A DNA stretch of 64,000 bases from Capsulimonadaceae bacterium. GTDB taxonomy: Bacteria; Armatimonadota; Armatimonadia; Armatimonadales; Capsulimonadaceae. The DNA lies in the NCBI GenBank assembly GCA_965215505.1, contig OZ244065.1, forward strand, positions 4,064,001 to 4,128,000, in the 5' to 3' direction. Positions within the stretch are counted from its first letter, which is position 1. Every line of letters starts with the position of its first letter. Below are positions 36,776 through 46,088 of this stretch, piece after piece. The position numbers were made by a program, and so were the translations under genes. Below the pieces are notes generated by a model. That model ran no database searches. It saw only the letters and a program-made list of their open reading frames with translations, and was not told the origin of the DNA.

Positions 36776-37915
36776 TTAATGCATTGCTGTCGCCCCGCCC
36801 GCCCCATCGCGGCTCAGATAGACGCGGCTGTAGTTCCACTCGTAGAATTTGCCGTCGAAGGCCGAGGCGGGCAAAGTGTGGTTGACGCTGCCGACCTGGG
36901 TGTGGCCCCAGCCGCCGTCGAACAGGAAGACCAGGTCAATGGGTTCGTCCCCGGCCTTGTTGCCGTAGGTCCAGAAGTAGTTCGCGCCGTGCTGGACAAG
37001 CACCCCGTCCACATACATGGCGAAGGTGTCGTCTTTCTTATACAGCCAGGTCCAGACGTGGTACTGGGAGGCGTCAAAAGGCTTGACGCCCTGGGCGGCC
37101 ATCGTCTTGCCCCAGTCGCCGTACTCCACGGCGTCTTTGGCCGGGGTGGCGACGGAGTTTGAGTGCCAGAAGCGGCCGTCGTAGTTCGTGTTCCCGCCGC
37201 CGTTGTCGTAGCCGAAGCTCTCGACGAGGTCCTGCTCGGCCCCCTGCGCCCCCTTGTCCCAGGCCCACTTGTTGCCCGCCGTCCAGATGGCGAACCAGAA
37301 GTAAGGCGGGGGACTGTAGCGGACGCGCGTCTCCCAGACGACATCCCGGCCCAGCAGGGACCCGGCGCGCGCCAGATTCCACTTCGCCATGAACGAGCCG
37401 TCGCCGGCGTTGTGCAGTTTCGGGTCCACGGTCGTCGCCCCGTTTAAAGGGGTGAGGAAGGTCTTCAGCGAGTCTGCCGTGAACTGACGCACGGGCGGGC
37501 TGTTGACCCCCTCGACCGGCTGGTGGAAGAGCGCGTCGGCGGCGTCGGGGGCGACCGTGACCGCCCCATAGTTGGTGCCGTTGCCGATGGTGCCGAACTG
37601 GTCGTGGTAGAAGAAGTTCGCGCTCATGTCGGCATAGTTCTTGACCGTGCCGTCCGCGCCGAAGTGCCAGTTCTTGACCAGCACCATGCCCGGCCCGCCG
37701 ATCCCGAAGGACGGGCCAGGCCCGGTGGCGGGGTCGGCGACGGTCCCGCCGCCGATGGTTTCCGGCACCTTGGCGGCAGGCGTTTTGACCGCCGGCTTCG
37801 TCTTCGCGGCTTTGGCCGTATGCGCCTTCGTCTTCGCAGCCTGGGTCTGAGGCGTGATGCCGAGAAGGAGCCCGGCGGCTCCGAGGAAAAGGGGGGCTAT
37901 TTTGGCGGCTTGCAT
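36776..37915 (-). CDS. Secreted ConA-fold / GH16-like protein
   Basis: Signal peptide, Lys/Ala-rich linker, WFAIW, EQDLVE, YHVWTW...MYVDG. Confidence 0.6.
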   Translation of the reverse strand: MQAAKIAPLFLGAAGLLLGITPQTQAAKTKAHTAKAAKTKPAVKTPAAKVPETIGGGTVADPATGPGPSFGIGGPGMVLVKNWHFGADGTVKNYADMSANFFYHDQFGTIGNGTNYGAVTVAPDAADALFHQPVEGVNSPPVRQFTADSLKTFLTPLNGATTVDPKLHNAGDGSFMAKWNLARAGSLLGRDVVWETRVRYSPPPYFWFAIWTAGNKWAWDKGAQGAEQDLVESFGYDNGGGNTNYDGRFWHSNSVATPAKDAVEYGDWGKTMAAQGVKPFDASQYHVWTWLYKKDDTFAMYVDGVLVQHGANYFWTYGNKAGDEPIDLVFLFDGGWGHTQVGSVNHTLPASAFDGKFYEWNYSRVYLSRDGAGGATAMH

Positions 37916-38058
37916 TGTCTTACTCCGGTGACGATCGCTGCGCCGTCTTTTTGACAGCGTGGCGCGACAATCATAGCACGGAACGGCGGGGGCGTCAAGG
38001 CGGAAGCCAGCAACCTTTCGGCCCCCGCCGTGTCATAATGAAGCGGGGAGGGTGACTC

Positions 38059-39054
38059 GTGGACATCTACTTACAAGACTTAGGGCATCGGCGGCAGGCG
38101 GTGCTGCTGCAACGGCGGTATCTATCGCTGGGAACCCTTCCCACGGGGCAGCAGTCCGCCGGGATCGCGCTCGCGACCACGCAGGCAGCGGCGGCGAGGA
38201 AAGTCCCCCCACTCGGCCGGTTGGGCCGGTTCTGGGCGCGGGGCGCGGATACTCCGCCCGAAGTCGCGGCGGCATTCCTGGACTTGGTCCGCAGACCGGC
38301 CCGAGGCTTTGTCATCGGCAGTATGGTCGTGGGGTCTCTGTACGGTGGGGTAACTGCCGTCGGCCTCATCACCTCTGGAGAGTATGCGTTCGGAGCGGTG
38401 ATAGCCGGCCTTGGGGCAGTGATGAGTGGGACCGGCCTGTGGGTGCCGGGCTATTGGCTGCGGCGCGTCTGCCGCCCGCCGGTATCCGCCGCCGAGGTCG
38501 AGGCGCTGCGCGATTCTACAACGGACGAACTGGAACTGGCCTACCTGCGGCTCGTCATGGACGCCATGAAGCAAGGCGTCGCGCCCGACGCGGCGGGCCG
38601 GGTGCGGGCGGCCCTGCGGGCGGTCGGGGACGCCATCGACCTGCTGCCCGCCGTCGCCCTGCCGCGCGCCGGCGTGGATGCCCTGCGTACTGAGGCCGCC
38701 CAGGCGCAGGCGGAGGCGCGGGCCGAAACGGATGCGGTGGTCGCGGCCTCGCACGAGCGCCGGGCGGAGGCCCTGGAACGGTCCGCGTCCGCCGCCCAGC
38801 GGTCCCAGACTCTGATGCGCCGCGCCGCCGCCCTGCGCGGGGAGATGCTGGCCCAGATCGAGTCGCTGCGCCTGGGCCTGGTCGGCTTCGAGACGGCGAG
38901 CGGCGATGTGAGCAGCTTGGCCTCACTGGCGGACGCCGTCCGCACCGTCGCCGAGGAGTCCGTCTCGGTGGCCGACGCCCGCACGGAACTCGACGCCGCG
39001 CTGCCGGGCACGGCGGCTGAAGGGGCGGCTCTGAGGATGGGGTTGGGTGCGTAG
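38059..39054 (+). CDS. Hypothetical membrane protein with coiled-coil C-terminus
   Basis: SD GGAGG, GTG start, two TM helices; stop codon supplied by a REP. Confidence 0.7.
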   Translation: MDIYLQDLGHRRQAVLLQRRYLSLGTLPTGQQSAGIALATTQAAAARKVPPLGRLGRFWARGADTPPEVAAAFLDLVRRPARGFVIGSMVVGSLYGGVTAVGLITSGEYAFGAVIAGLGAVMSGTGLWVPGYWLRRVCRPPVSAAEVEALRDSTTDELELAYLRLVMDAMKQGVAPDAAGRVRAALRAVGDAIDLLPAVALPRAGVDALRTEAAQAQAEARAETDAVVAASHERRAEALERSASAAQRSQTLMRRAAALRGEMLAQIESLRLGLVGFETASGDVSSLASLADAVRTVAEESVSVADARTELDAALPGTAAEGAALRMGLGA

Positions 39055-39130
39055 GGGCGCGATTCATCGCGCCCTTCTTGCTGTCGGGAAGGCAGGCAGG
39101 ATAGGAGGGCGCGATGAATCGCGCCCCTAC
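39051..39130. repeat. Inverted REP doublet between convergent genes
   Basis: GTAGGGGCGCGATTCATCGCGCCCT and AGGGCGCGATGAATCGCGCCCCTAC. Confidence 0.88.
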
Positions 39131-39131
39131 A

Positions 39132-40295
39132 TCAGACAAACGCGACCATGACCTCGCTTGCCAAAAAGATGCCCTGCGGAGTCAGGCGCAGGGCATTCCC
39201 CGCGACTTCGAGCAGGCCGCGCTTGGTGAAGGTTTCGACCTCGGCGGCGAACTTGACGCGCGGGTCTATGCCGAAGCGCTCCCGGAAGCGGCGGCAGTCC
39301 ACACCTTCTTGGGTCAGGCGCAGGCCGAGCATCATCGTCTCGGCCATCGTCTCCTCCACTGTCAATGTCTCGACAGACAGCATCAGGTCTTCCCCATTCT
39401 CAACAGCCTCGGCGTATTTGGCGGGGGATTTGACGTTCATCCGGCGCGCGCCGTCTAGGTACGCGACGGCCCCGCACCCGAATCCATAATACGAGTCGTT
39501 GCGCCAGTAGTGCAGATTGTGGCGGCTCTCGCGGCCCGGCCGGGCGAAGTTCGCGATCTCATACTGGGCATAGCCAGCCCCCTGGGCGGTCTCGCGGGCC
39601 AGGGCGAACATGTCGGCGGCGAGGTCATCGCTGGGCAGGGGCAGGCGGCCCTTCTGCTGCAAGGTGTAAAAGCCGGTGCCTTCCTCAACGATGAGCGAGT
39701 AGAGCGAGAGATGGTCGGTGTCCAGGGCCAGCGCCTGGTCCAGCGTGTCTCGCCACTGCTTCAAGGTCTGGCGCGGCAGGGCGAACATCAGGTCCAGGGA
39801 GACGTTCTCGAAGCCCGCCGCGCGTGCGGCCTTGACGGCGTTTCGGGCCTCCTCGGCGGAGTGGATGCGGTCCAGGGTCTTCAGCAGGTCGCCGTCAAAA
39901 CTCTGCACACCGAAGGAGATGCGGTTGAAGCCCGCCGCGCGCAGCACTTCCAGGTGCCGCACGTCCATCGTGCCGGGGTTCGCTTCGGTCGTGATCTCGG
40001 CCCCCGGCGTGACCGGCAGCGTCTCCAGGACGGCCCGCAGCAGGGCGGCTTCGTCGGTCGCCGGAATCGCGGTGGGTGTGCCGCCGCCGAAAAAGATCGT
40101 GTCTACTCCGGCTCCCCCGTCGGGTGCAGTTGCGCCAGAATTGGGGGCGGGGGGGGCTGACCTTATCTCCCGCGTCAAGGCCTGGACGTAGCGGGCGACG
40201 GAGCCGTCGGTGTAGCCCGAGTACGAGTTGAAGTCGCAGTAGGCGCACTTGCGGACGCAGAAGGGGATGTGGACATAGCAGCCGATGGCGTTCAT
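39132..40295 (-). CDS. hemW: Radical SAM heme chaperone HemW
   Basis: YVHIPFCVRKCAYCDF, GGGTP, YEIANFA, HNLHYW. Confidence 0.93.
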   Translation of the reverse strand: MNAIGCYVHIPFCVRKCAYCDFNSYSGYTDGSVARYVQALTREIRSAPPAPNSGATAPDGGAGVDTIFFGGGTPTAIPATDEAALLRAVLETLPVTPGAEITTEANPGTMDVRHLEVLRAAGFNRISFGVQSFDGDLLKTLDRIHSAEEARNAVKAARAAGFENVSLDLMFALPRQTLKQWRDTLDQALALDTDHLSLYSLIVEEGTGFYTLQQKGRLPLPSDDLAADMFALARETAQGAGYAQYEIANFARPGRESRHNLHYWRNDSYYGFGCGAVAYLDGARRMNVKSPAKYAEAVENGEDLMLSVETLTVEETMAETMMLGLRLTQEGVDCRRFRERFGIDPRVKFAAEVETFTKRGLLEVAGNALRLTPQGIFLASEVMVAFV

Positions 40296-40377
40296 GGAGC
40301 CATTGTACCCGGTGGGTGGGCTTGGCGTCTGAGCGCGCCTCTTGACGCCGCCTCCCTTCTTCCCTTATACTAGGCGC

Positions 40378-41052
40378 ATGACCCTGAAATCCCTCCCGCC
40401 CTGGCTGCCCTATGTGGCCCCGTTCGCCCTGTTCCTCGTGCTGACGACGCTGGAAGGGGCGCTCCACTTACCGCCCTCAACATTCCCCTTCACCTACGCG
40501 GTCAAGATCGCGCTGGTGGGCGGGCTGCTGATCGCGCTGCGCGGCTATTTCCCCGAGGCGCGGCCCGGCGGGGGCGGCTGGGCGGCGGCGACGGCCCTGG
40601 GGCTGGTCCTGTTCTTCCTGTGGATCGCCATTGACAAGCACACCCCCCACTTCGCCTTTCTGGGGGCACGGACCGGCTTCAACCCGAACCGCGAGATCGC
40701 GACGCCTGCGGGGATCGTCTTCTTCCTCTTTGTCCGGTTCCTGGGGCTTGTCGTCATTGCCCCGATCATCGAGGAGCTTTTCTACCGGGGCTTCCTGCTC
40801 CGGTTCGTCACGGACATGGACGACTTCCGGCGCGTGCCGGTGGGGACGTTCTCCGCCCTGGCGCTGGGCGTAAGCGTCGCCCTGTTCGCGCTCTCGCACC
40901 CGGAGTGGCTGGCGGCGGCGGTCTTCGCGCTCGCCCTGTGCCTGCTGCTGCGGTGGACGAAGAACCTGTTCGCCTGCATCCTGGCGCATGGGGTGACGAA
41001 CCTGCTGCTGGGGGTCTACATCCTGCACACGGGCCAGTGGCAGTATTGGTGA
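40378..41052 (+). CDS. CAAX prenyl protease-related (CPBP/Abi family) membrane protein
   Basis: EELFYRG, FALSH, HGVTN motifs. Confidence 0.9.
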   Translation: MTLKSLPPWLPYVAPFALFLVLTTLEGALHLPPSTFPFTYAVKIALVGGLLIALRGYFPEARPGGGGWAAATALGLVLFFLWIAIDKHTPHFAFLGARTGFNPNREIATPAGIVFFLFVRFLGLVVIAPIIEELFYRGFLLRFVTDMDDFRRVPVGTFSALALGVSVALFALSHPEWLAAAVFALALCLLLRWTKNLFACILAHGVTNLLLGVYILHTGQWQYW

Positions 41053-41117
41053 CGCTTGAAGACCAGAAGATTGAAGGCGGCGGGACGGGGGAGCGTCAAA
41101 GGACACGGAGGTACGAA

Positions 41118-41870
41118 ATGAAGATAACGACGATCTGCGGCGCACTCGCCGCGCTGATGATAACGGCGGGACCGGCCTGGAGCCAGGCGGAGATCCTCCG
41201 CCCACCCGCCGCAGTCTACACCGTCTCGCTGGGAATGACGGCGCACGGACATGGGGAAGTCAAGGCCAAGCCGGACATCGCACGGCTGACGGCGGAGGTG
41301 CTGACGCATGACAAACGCCAGGCCCAGGCGGTGCAGGACAATGCCCGCCGCATGACAGACTTGGCGGCAGCCATCAAGGGCCTCGGCGTCGCTGACAAGG
41401 ACATCCAGACGCAGAACTACACCGTCAACCCGCAGTACGACTACAGCAATGGCCGGCAGCATCTGACAGGATACGAAGTGACAAACTCCGTGCAGGTGAC
41501 TCTGCGGGACTTCATGCAGGTGGGCGCGCTGATCGACACTATGACACGGGTAGGAGTCAATCAGCTCGACGGCGTCTCCTATGACCTGTCCGACCGGGCC
41601 GCCGCCCAGGACCAGGCACTTTCCGCGGCGGTCCGCGATGCCCGGCGGCGGGCCACTTCAATGGCCGACGCGGCGGGTGTGCCGCTCGGGAGCCTGCTCT
41701 CACTCAGCGACGGCGAGCCGGCCCCCATCCAGCCGATCTTCATGCCCCGGATGCAGAACGTGATGTTGATGGGTGATGCGGCTCAGGCACCGACGACGCC
41801 GATCGCCGCCCAAGACATCACCGTGACGGCGGACGTGACGCTGGTTTATGCACTGGGGGCGGCGAAGTAG
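41118..41870 (+). CDS. SIMPL domain (DUF541) protein
   Basis: Signal peptide, GHGEVKAKPD, DIQT..Y.V.PQY, GYEVTN. Confidence 0.9.
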   Translation: MKITTICGALAALMITAGPAWSQAEILRPPAAVYTVSLGMTAHGHGEVKAKPDIARLTAEVLTHDKRQAQAVQDNARRMTDLAAAIKGLGVADKDIQTQNYTVNPQYDYSNGRQHLTGYEVTNSVQVTLRDFMQVGALIDTMTRVGVNQLDGVSYDLSDRAAAQDQALSAAVRDARRRATSMADAAGVPLGSLLSLSDGEPAPIQPIFMPRMQNVMLMGDAAQAPTTPIAAQDITVTADVTLVYALGAAK

Positions 41871-41891
41871 GAGAGGGCGGAGAAGATTAGG

Positions 41892-41953
41892 AGGGCGGGG
41901 GACCCCGCCCCTACGTCATGTACGACAACGTAGGGGCAGGGTTTCCCTGCCCT
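41892..41953. repeat. REP doublet between convergent genes
   Basis: AGGGCGGGGGACCCCGCCCCTAC and GTAGGGGCAGGGTTTCCCTGCCCT. Confidence 0.85.
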
Positions 41954-41969
41954 CTTCTCGTTCTCTTTG

Positions 41970-42821
41970 CTATGCAGATAATGCCAGCACCCGGTTATCA
42001 ATCAGCCGCACCTTGCCGAACGTGGCCGCCACCAGCGCAATCGCGCCGCCCGCGACCGTTTCCACCTCCTGCAACGTGTCCGGGGCCGTCACAACGGCAT
42101 AGTCCAGCGCGGCAAGAGGCTCCGCCTCGATGGTCCGCCGCATCCCCTCCATGATCTCCTCAGCATCCCGCACACCCGCCTCATCGAGCGCCTGAGCGCC
42201 GTCGAGCGCACAGGCAAGCACGAGGGCCGCCGAACGCTGCTCGGGCGTCAGCCGGACATTGCGCGAGGACAGGGCCAGGCCGTCCGGCTCGCGGACAATG
42301 GGAAGGCCGATGATCTCCGTGGGGATGTCTAGGTCGCGGGCCAGCGCCTTGACGATCTGGAGCTGCTGCCAGTCCTTCTCGCCGAAATAGGCGCGGTCCG
42401 CCTGGGCGATGTTCAGCAGCTTGGCGACGACGGTCGCGACGCCCGCGAAGTGGCCGGGCCGCGATGCGCCCTCGAGTAGGCCCGACAGGGTATTGACGGT
42501 GACGGTGGTGTCGAAGCCCTGAGGGTAAATCGCCTCGGGCGTCGGGCTGAACAGAATATCTACGCCTTCGCCCTCGGCCATCCGGGCGTCACGGTCGGTG
42601 TCGCGCGGGTAGCGTGCGAAGTCCTCCCGGTCGTTGAACTGCGTCGGGTTGACGAACAGGGTCACCACGCAGAGGTCGTTGTCGGCCTTCGCCCGGTGCA
42701 TCAGGGACAGATGGCCCTCGTGGAAGGCCCCCATCGTCGGCACCAGCCCGACGGTCTTTCCCTGCCGGCGCGCGTCCCGAAGGGCGGCGCGCAGGGCACT
42801 GATCTCGCTGATGGTCTGCAT
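41970..42821 (-). CDS. panC: Pantoate--beta-alanine ligase
   Basis: VPTMGAFHEGH, FVNPTQF, RPGHF, FGEKD, LALSSRN, RLIDN. Confidence 0.97.
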   Translation of the reverse strand: MQTISEISALRAALRDARRQGKTVGLVPTMGAFHEGHLSLMHRAKADNDLCVVTLFVNPTQFNDREDFARYPRDTDRDARMAEGEGVDILFSPTPEAIYPQGFDTTVTVNTLSGLLEGASRPGHFAGVATVVAKLLNIAQADRAYFGEKDWQQLQIVKALARDLDIPTEIIGLPIVREPDGLALSSRNVRLTPEQRSAALVLACALDGAQALDEAGVRDAEEIMEGMRRTIEAEPLAALDYAVVTAPDTLQEVETVAGGAIALVAATFGKVRLIDNRVLALSA

Positions 42822-42955
42822 GAGCGTGTGCGGCCTCCTATGTGGCGATGGGCTGTGCCGGTTTAGACACCCCAAACTAGGCGAACCCACCGCGCTATTG
42901 GGCTATCGGGGGAGCCTTCCAACCTCGCAGTACGCTTCCTGGCGGACGCCCGCCG

Positions 42956-43594
42956 CTACTTCTTCTCGTCCTCACGGGTGAACAGGTAGCGGTGGCCGGT
43001 GATCTCGCCCGAGGCGTCGAAGTCATACACCAGGGGGATGCCAGTCGGGATGTTCAGCTCCAGCACCTGCTCGCGTGTCAGGTGATCCAGTTCCATGACG
43101 ATGGAGCGGAGGGAGTTGCCATGGGCGACGACCAGGACGTTCAGGCCGGCCTGGATGTCGGGCAGGATGTGGGCCTGGAAGTAGGGCAGGGTGCGGGCCG
43201 CCGTGTCCTTCAGCGACTCGCCCTTCTCGCCGGGCGGGGGGACATCGTAGGAGCGCCGCCAGATCTTGACCTGGGCGTCCCCGTATTGGGCCGCCGTCTC
43301 GGCCTTGTTCAGCCCTTGCAGGTCGCCGTAGTGGCGCTCGTTCAGGGCCTGGTCACGCTCCGTGGGCAGGTCGGCGGGCTTGCCGGCGGCTTCCAGGGCG
43401 ATCTTGGAGGTGTTGATGGCGCGCTGCAAGACGCTGGTGTAGACCTTGTCAATGGGCAGGTCGCGCAGGTGTTCGCCCGCGATGCGGGCCTCGCCCTCGC
43501 CGCGCGGGGTCAGCGGCACGTCCACCCAGCCGGTGAAGCGGTTCTCGAGGTTCCACTGCGACTCGCCGTGTCGCACTAAGATCAGGTTGGGCAT
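42956..43594 (-). CDS. gpmA: 2,3-bisphosphoglycerate-dependent phosphoglycerate mutase
   Basis: LVRHGESQWNLENRFTGW, LNERHYG, AHGNSLR. Confidence 0.96.
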   Translation of the reverse strand: MPNLILVRHGESQWNLENRFTGWVDVPLTPRGEGEARIAGEHLRDLPIDKVYTSVLQRAINTSKIALEAAGKPADLPTERDQALNERHYGDLQGLNKAETAAQYGDAQVKIWRRSYDVPPPGEKGESLKDTAARTLPYFQAHILPDIQAGLNVLVVAHGNSLRSIVMELDHLTREQVLELNIPTGIPLVYDFDASGEITGHRYLFTREDEKK

Positions 43595-43647
43595 GTTGGG
43601 GCAGGCTCCTTGGGTGATTTCGCTTGGGGCAGTATACCCCAGGCGTG

Positions 43648-43679
43648 AAAAAAGGCCGCAGGGACGATCCCTGCGGCCC
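43648..43679 (-). terminator. Intrinsic terminator downstream of the DUF4870 gene
   Basis: 11-bp stem GGCCGCAGGGA/TCCCTGCGGCC with T6 on the minus strand. Confidence 0.8.
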
Positions 43680-43694
43680 GATGGGCACGGGAGG

Positions 43695-44081
43695 TCAGAG
43701 GCCAGCGGATTGACGGGCGATCTTGCCGATGATGGGGATCTCGTACCAGTCGCCGTTGTTGGCGGCCATGCCGGCGAGGATGCTGAAGACCAGGCCGAGT
43801 ATCCAGAACGCGGGGCCTGTGATGAACCCGATGAGGAAGACGACCAAGACGCTGGACAGGATGTAGCCGATCGTGACGGCGGCGTGGAGAAGCAGCGCCT
43901 GGAGTGCATGGTAGGCGACGAATTTCGACTGGTCTTTCTTGATCAGCCAGAGGACGAGGGGACCGACGAAACCGGTAAAGACGCCCAGGATGTAGGACAG
44001 CATCGCCATGGTCTTGTCGTCCTGGGAAATACCCGGCGCGTTGTAGGGCGGGATGCTGCTTTCGGGGGTCGGTATGCTCAT
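43695..44081 (-). CDS. DUF4870 domain membrane protein
   Basis: DDKTMAMLSY, GPLVLWLIKKDQSKFV..HA.QA, G..Y.IP. Confidence 0.88.
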   Translation of the reverse strand: MSIPTPESSIPPYNAPGISQDDKTMAMLSYILGVFTGFVGPLVLWLIKKDQSKFVAYHALQALLLHAAVTIGYILSSVLVVFLIGFITGPAFWILGLVFSILAGMAANNGDWYEIPIIGKIARQSAGL

Positions 44082-44137
44082 GTGATGTCACTCCTTCAAC
44101 TTTACAGAACTTTAGAAAAGCGACTTACAGAGAACGG

Positions 44138-44938
44138 CTACGGGAACTGACCGGACTCCACCTCCTCTCGATAGGCGTTAAGGGCGCGCGCGATCTCCGC
44201 GCCGACCTGGGCGTACTGCCGGACATGCCGCAATGCCGGGCGGTCCGGGCGCAGGCCGAGGAGGTCCGACGTCACCAGCACCTGGCCGTCGCACCCCGCC
44301 CCGGCCCCGATGCCGACCGTCGGGATCAGGAGGGCGGCGGTGATCTGGGCGGCCAGTGCGTCCGGGATCAGCTCCAGGACGACGGCGAACGCGCCCGCCT
44401 CCTGCACGGCTAGGGCGTCTTCCATGACTTGTTTCGCCCCCGCCTCATCCTTGCCCTGCTTCCGCAGGCCGATCTGGTGGACGCTCTGGGGCGTGAACCC
44501 GATGTGGGCCATGACGGGGATGCCCGCCTGGACCAGCCGCCGGATCGTCGGGGCGACGGTGACGCCGCCCTCCAGCTTGACCGCCCCGGCCTCCCCCTCC
44601 TGCATCAAGCGCCCCGCGTTGCGGACGGCCTCGTCGGCGTTCACCTGATAGGAGAGGAACGGCATGTCGGCCAGCAGCAGTGCGCGCCGCGTCCCGCGCC
44701 GGACGGCCTTGGTATGGTGCAGCATGACTTCCATCGTCACCGGGACGGTGGTGTCGTAGCCTAATTCTTCCATGCCGAGCGAGTCGCCCACGAGGACGAT
44801 GTCCACGCCGGACCCGTCCACCAGGAGGGCGGTCGGGTAGTCGTAGGCGGTCAGGGCGGTGACTTTCTGGCCGCGCCGCTTCTTCTGCGCCAGACTCGCC
44901 AGGGTCACTTTGTCTTTCAGTTCAGGGTATGCGTTCAT
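44138..44938 (-). CDS. panB: 3-methyl-2-oxobutanoate hydroxymethyltransferase
   Basis: LTAYDY, LVGDSLG, VKLEGG, GIGAG..CDGQVLV. Confidence 0.97.
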   Translation of the reverse strand: MNAYPELKDKVTLASLAQKKRRGQKVTALTAYDYPTALLVDGSGVDIVLVGDSLGMEELGYDTTVPVTMEVMLHHTKAVRRGTRRALLLADMPFLSYQVNADEAVRNAGRLMQEGEAGAVKLEGGVTVAPTIRRLVQAGIPVMAHIGFTPQSVHQIGLRKQGKDEAGAKQVMEDALAVQEAGAFAVVLELIPDALAAQITAALLIPTVGIGAGAGCDGQVLVTSDLLGLRPDRPALRHVRQYAQVGAEIARALNAYREEVESGQFP

Positions 44939-44961
44939 GTTGTTGTTATGTTGTTATAGAA

Positions 44962-45051
44962 TTACCAGAGGCGGCTGACACCGCAGGCGTCCAGCGCCGG
45001 GTCGCCGAAGGCGTACCACAGGATGCTCTGTGTGTCCAGAATCAGGCGCAT
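44962..45051 (-). pseudogene. Truncated VapC/PIN toxin remnant (29 codons)
   Basis: MRLILDTQSILWYAFGDPAL, a typical PIN N-terminus; TGATG-coupled to the antitoxin, then early TAA. Confidence 0.75.
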
Positions 45052-45287
45052 CACATATAATCCTTAAAGTCTTCCATGGGTGCGTCAAAATCATCGGCCA
45101 TGTAGATCAGATCATCTCTGGCATTGCCGAAATGCGAGACTGCTGCTGTTGACTTCTCTTCTGGCAGCGGGATGAGCTTGGCGACGGGGGTGCTGTCGCG
45201 CAGGATGATGACCTCTTCGCCCCGGCGGACTTGCTCCACGAGGTGAGCGAGCTGGCTGTCGGCGTTTTCGAGCATGACTTGGGACAT
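45051..45287 (-). CDS. Phd/YefM-type antitoxin with DUF2281-like tail
   Basis: LAHLVEQVRRGEEVIILRDSTPVAKLIP, DDFDAPMEDFKDY; SD AGGAGG. Confidence 0.88.
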   Translation of the reverse strand: MSQVMLENADSQLAHLVEQVRRGEEVIILRDSTPVAKLIPLPEEKSTAAVSHFGNARDDLIYMADDFDAPMEDFKDYM

Positions 45288-45333
45288 GAGCGGCCTCCTA
45301 AAGCTACGGCATACGGGATCAAGTATACCCGCG

Positions 45334-45363
45334 TTGACAACGGGGACGCCGCCGGGTTACAAT
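45334..45363 (+). promoter_or_regulatory. Sigma70-type promoter of cmk (probably leaderless)
   Basis: TTGACA-18 nt-TACAAT, ATG 5 nt downstream. Confidence 0.65.
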
Positions 45364-45368
45364 GGGCC

Positions 45369-46088
45369 ATGATTGCTGCCGAACCTCTTTCCCTCATGGA
45401 ACCACCTGAAACCGTGCCGAGAACCCTGCGCGTCGCCATTGACGGGCCGGCGGGCGCGGGCAAAAGCACGGTCGCCCGTCGGGTCGCGGCCCGCCTGGGC
45501 TACACCTATGTGGACACCGGCGCGATGTACCGCGCCCTGGCCTGGGCCGTGCTTGATGCCCACGTCCCGCCCGGCGACGCCGACGCGGTCTGCGCGCTGG
45601 CCGCCCGGCTGGACGTCCACCTGGAGCCGGGCGGGCGCGTACTGGTGGACGGGCGGGACGTGGCCGGGGAGATTCGGACGCCCGAGATCAGCAACCTGAC
45701 CTCGCCGCTCTCCGCCCTGCCCTGCGTGCGGACCCGGATGGTCGCCTTGCAGCAGGCGATGGCCCGGCGCGGCGGCGTGGTGATGGAGGGCCGGGACATC
45801 GGGACCGTCGTCCTGCCGGACGCCGAGGTCAAGGTCTTCCTGGTCGCCTCGCTGGCCGAGCGGGTACGGCGGCGGGGGGAGGAGCTGGCCCTGTCCGGCA
45901 GCGCGCCGCCTCCCAAGGAGCTGGCACGGGACATCGCCGCGCGGGACGCCCGCGATGCCGCCCGCGATGTCGCGCCGATGGTGGCCGCCCGCGACGCCGT
46001 GACCCTGGACAGCGACGGCCTCGACATCGACGCGGTCGTGGACAAGATACTTGCCCTGTGCGCCGGAGCGGAGGCAAAAAATGGCTGA
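45369..46088 (+). CDS. cmk: Cytidylate kinase
   Basis: AIDGPAGAGKST, DTGAMYR, MEGRDIGTVV. Confidence 0.96.
   Translation: MIAAEPLSLMEPPETVPRTLRVAIDGPAGAGKSTVARRVAARLGYTYVDTGAMYRALAWAVLDAHVPPGDADAVCALAARLDVHLEPGGRVLVDGRDVAGEIRTPEISNLTSPLSALPCVRTRMVALQQAMARRGGVVMEGRDIGTVVLPDAEVKVFLVASLAERVRRRGEELALSGSAPPPKELARDIAARDARDAARDVAPMVAARDAVTLDSDGLDIDAVVDKILALCAGAEAKNG

Noticed and set aside
42822-42955. Possible riboswitch or leader upstream of panC
   Set aside because: No recognisable aptamer consensus or terminator
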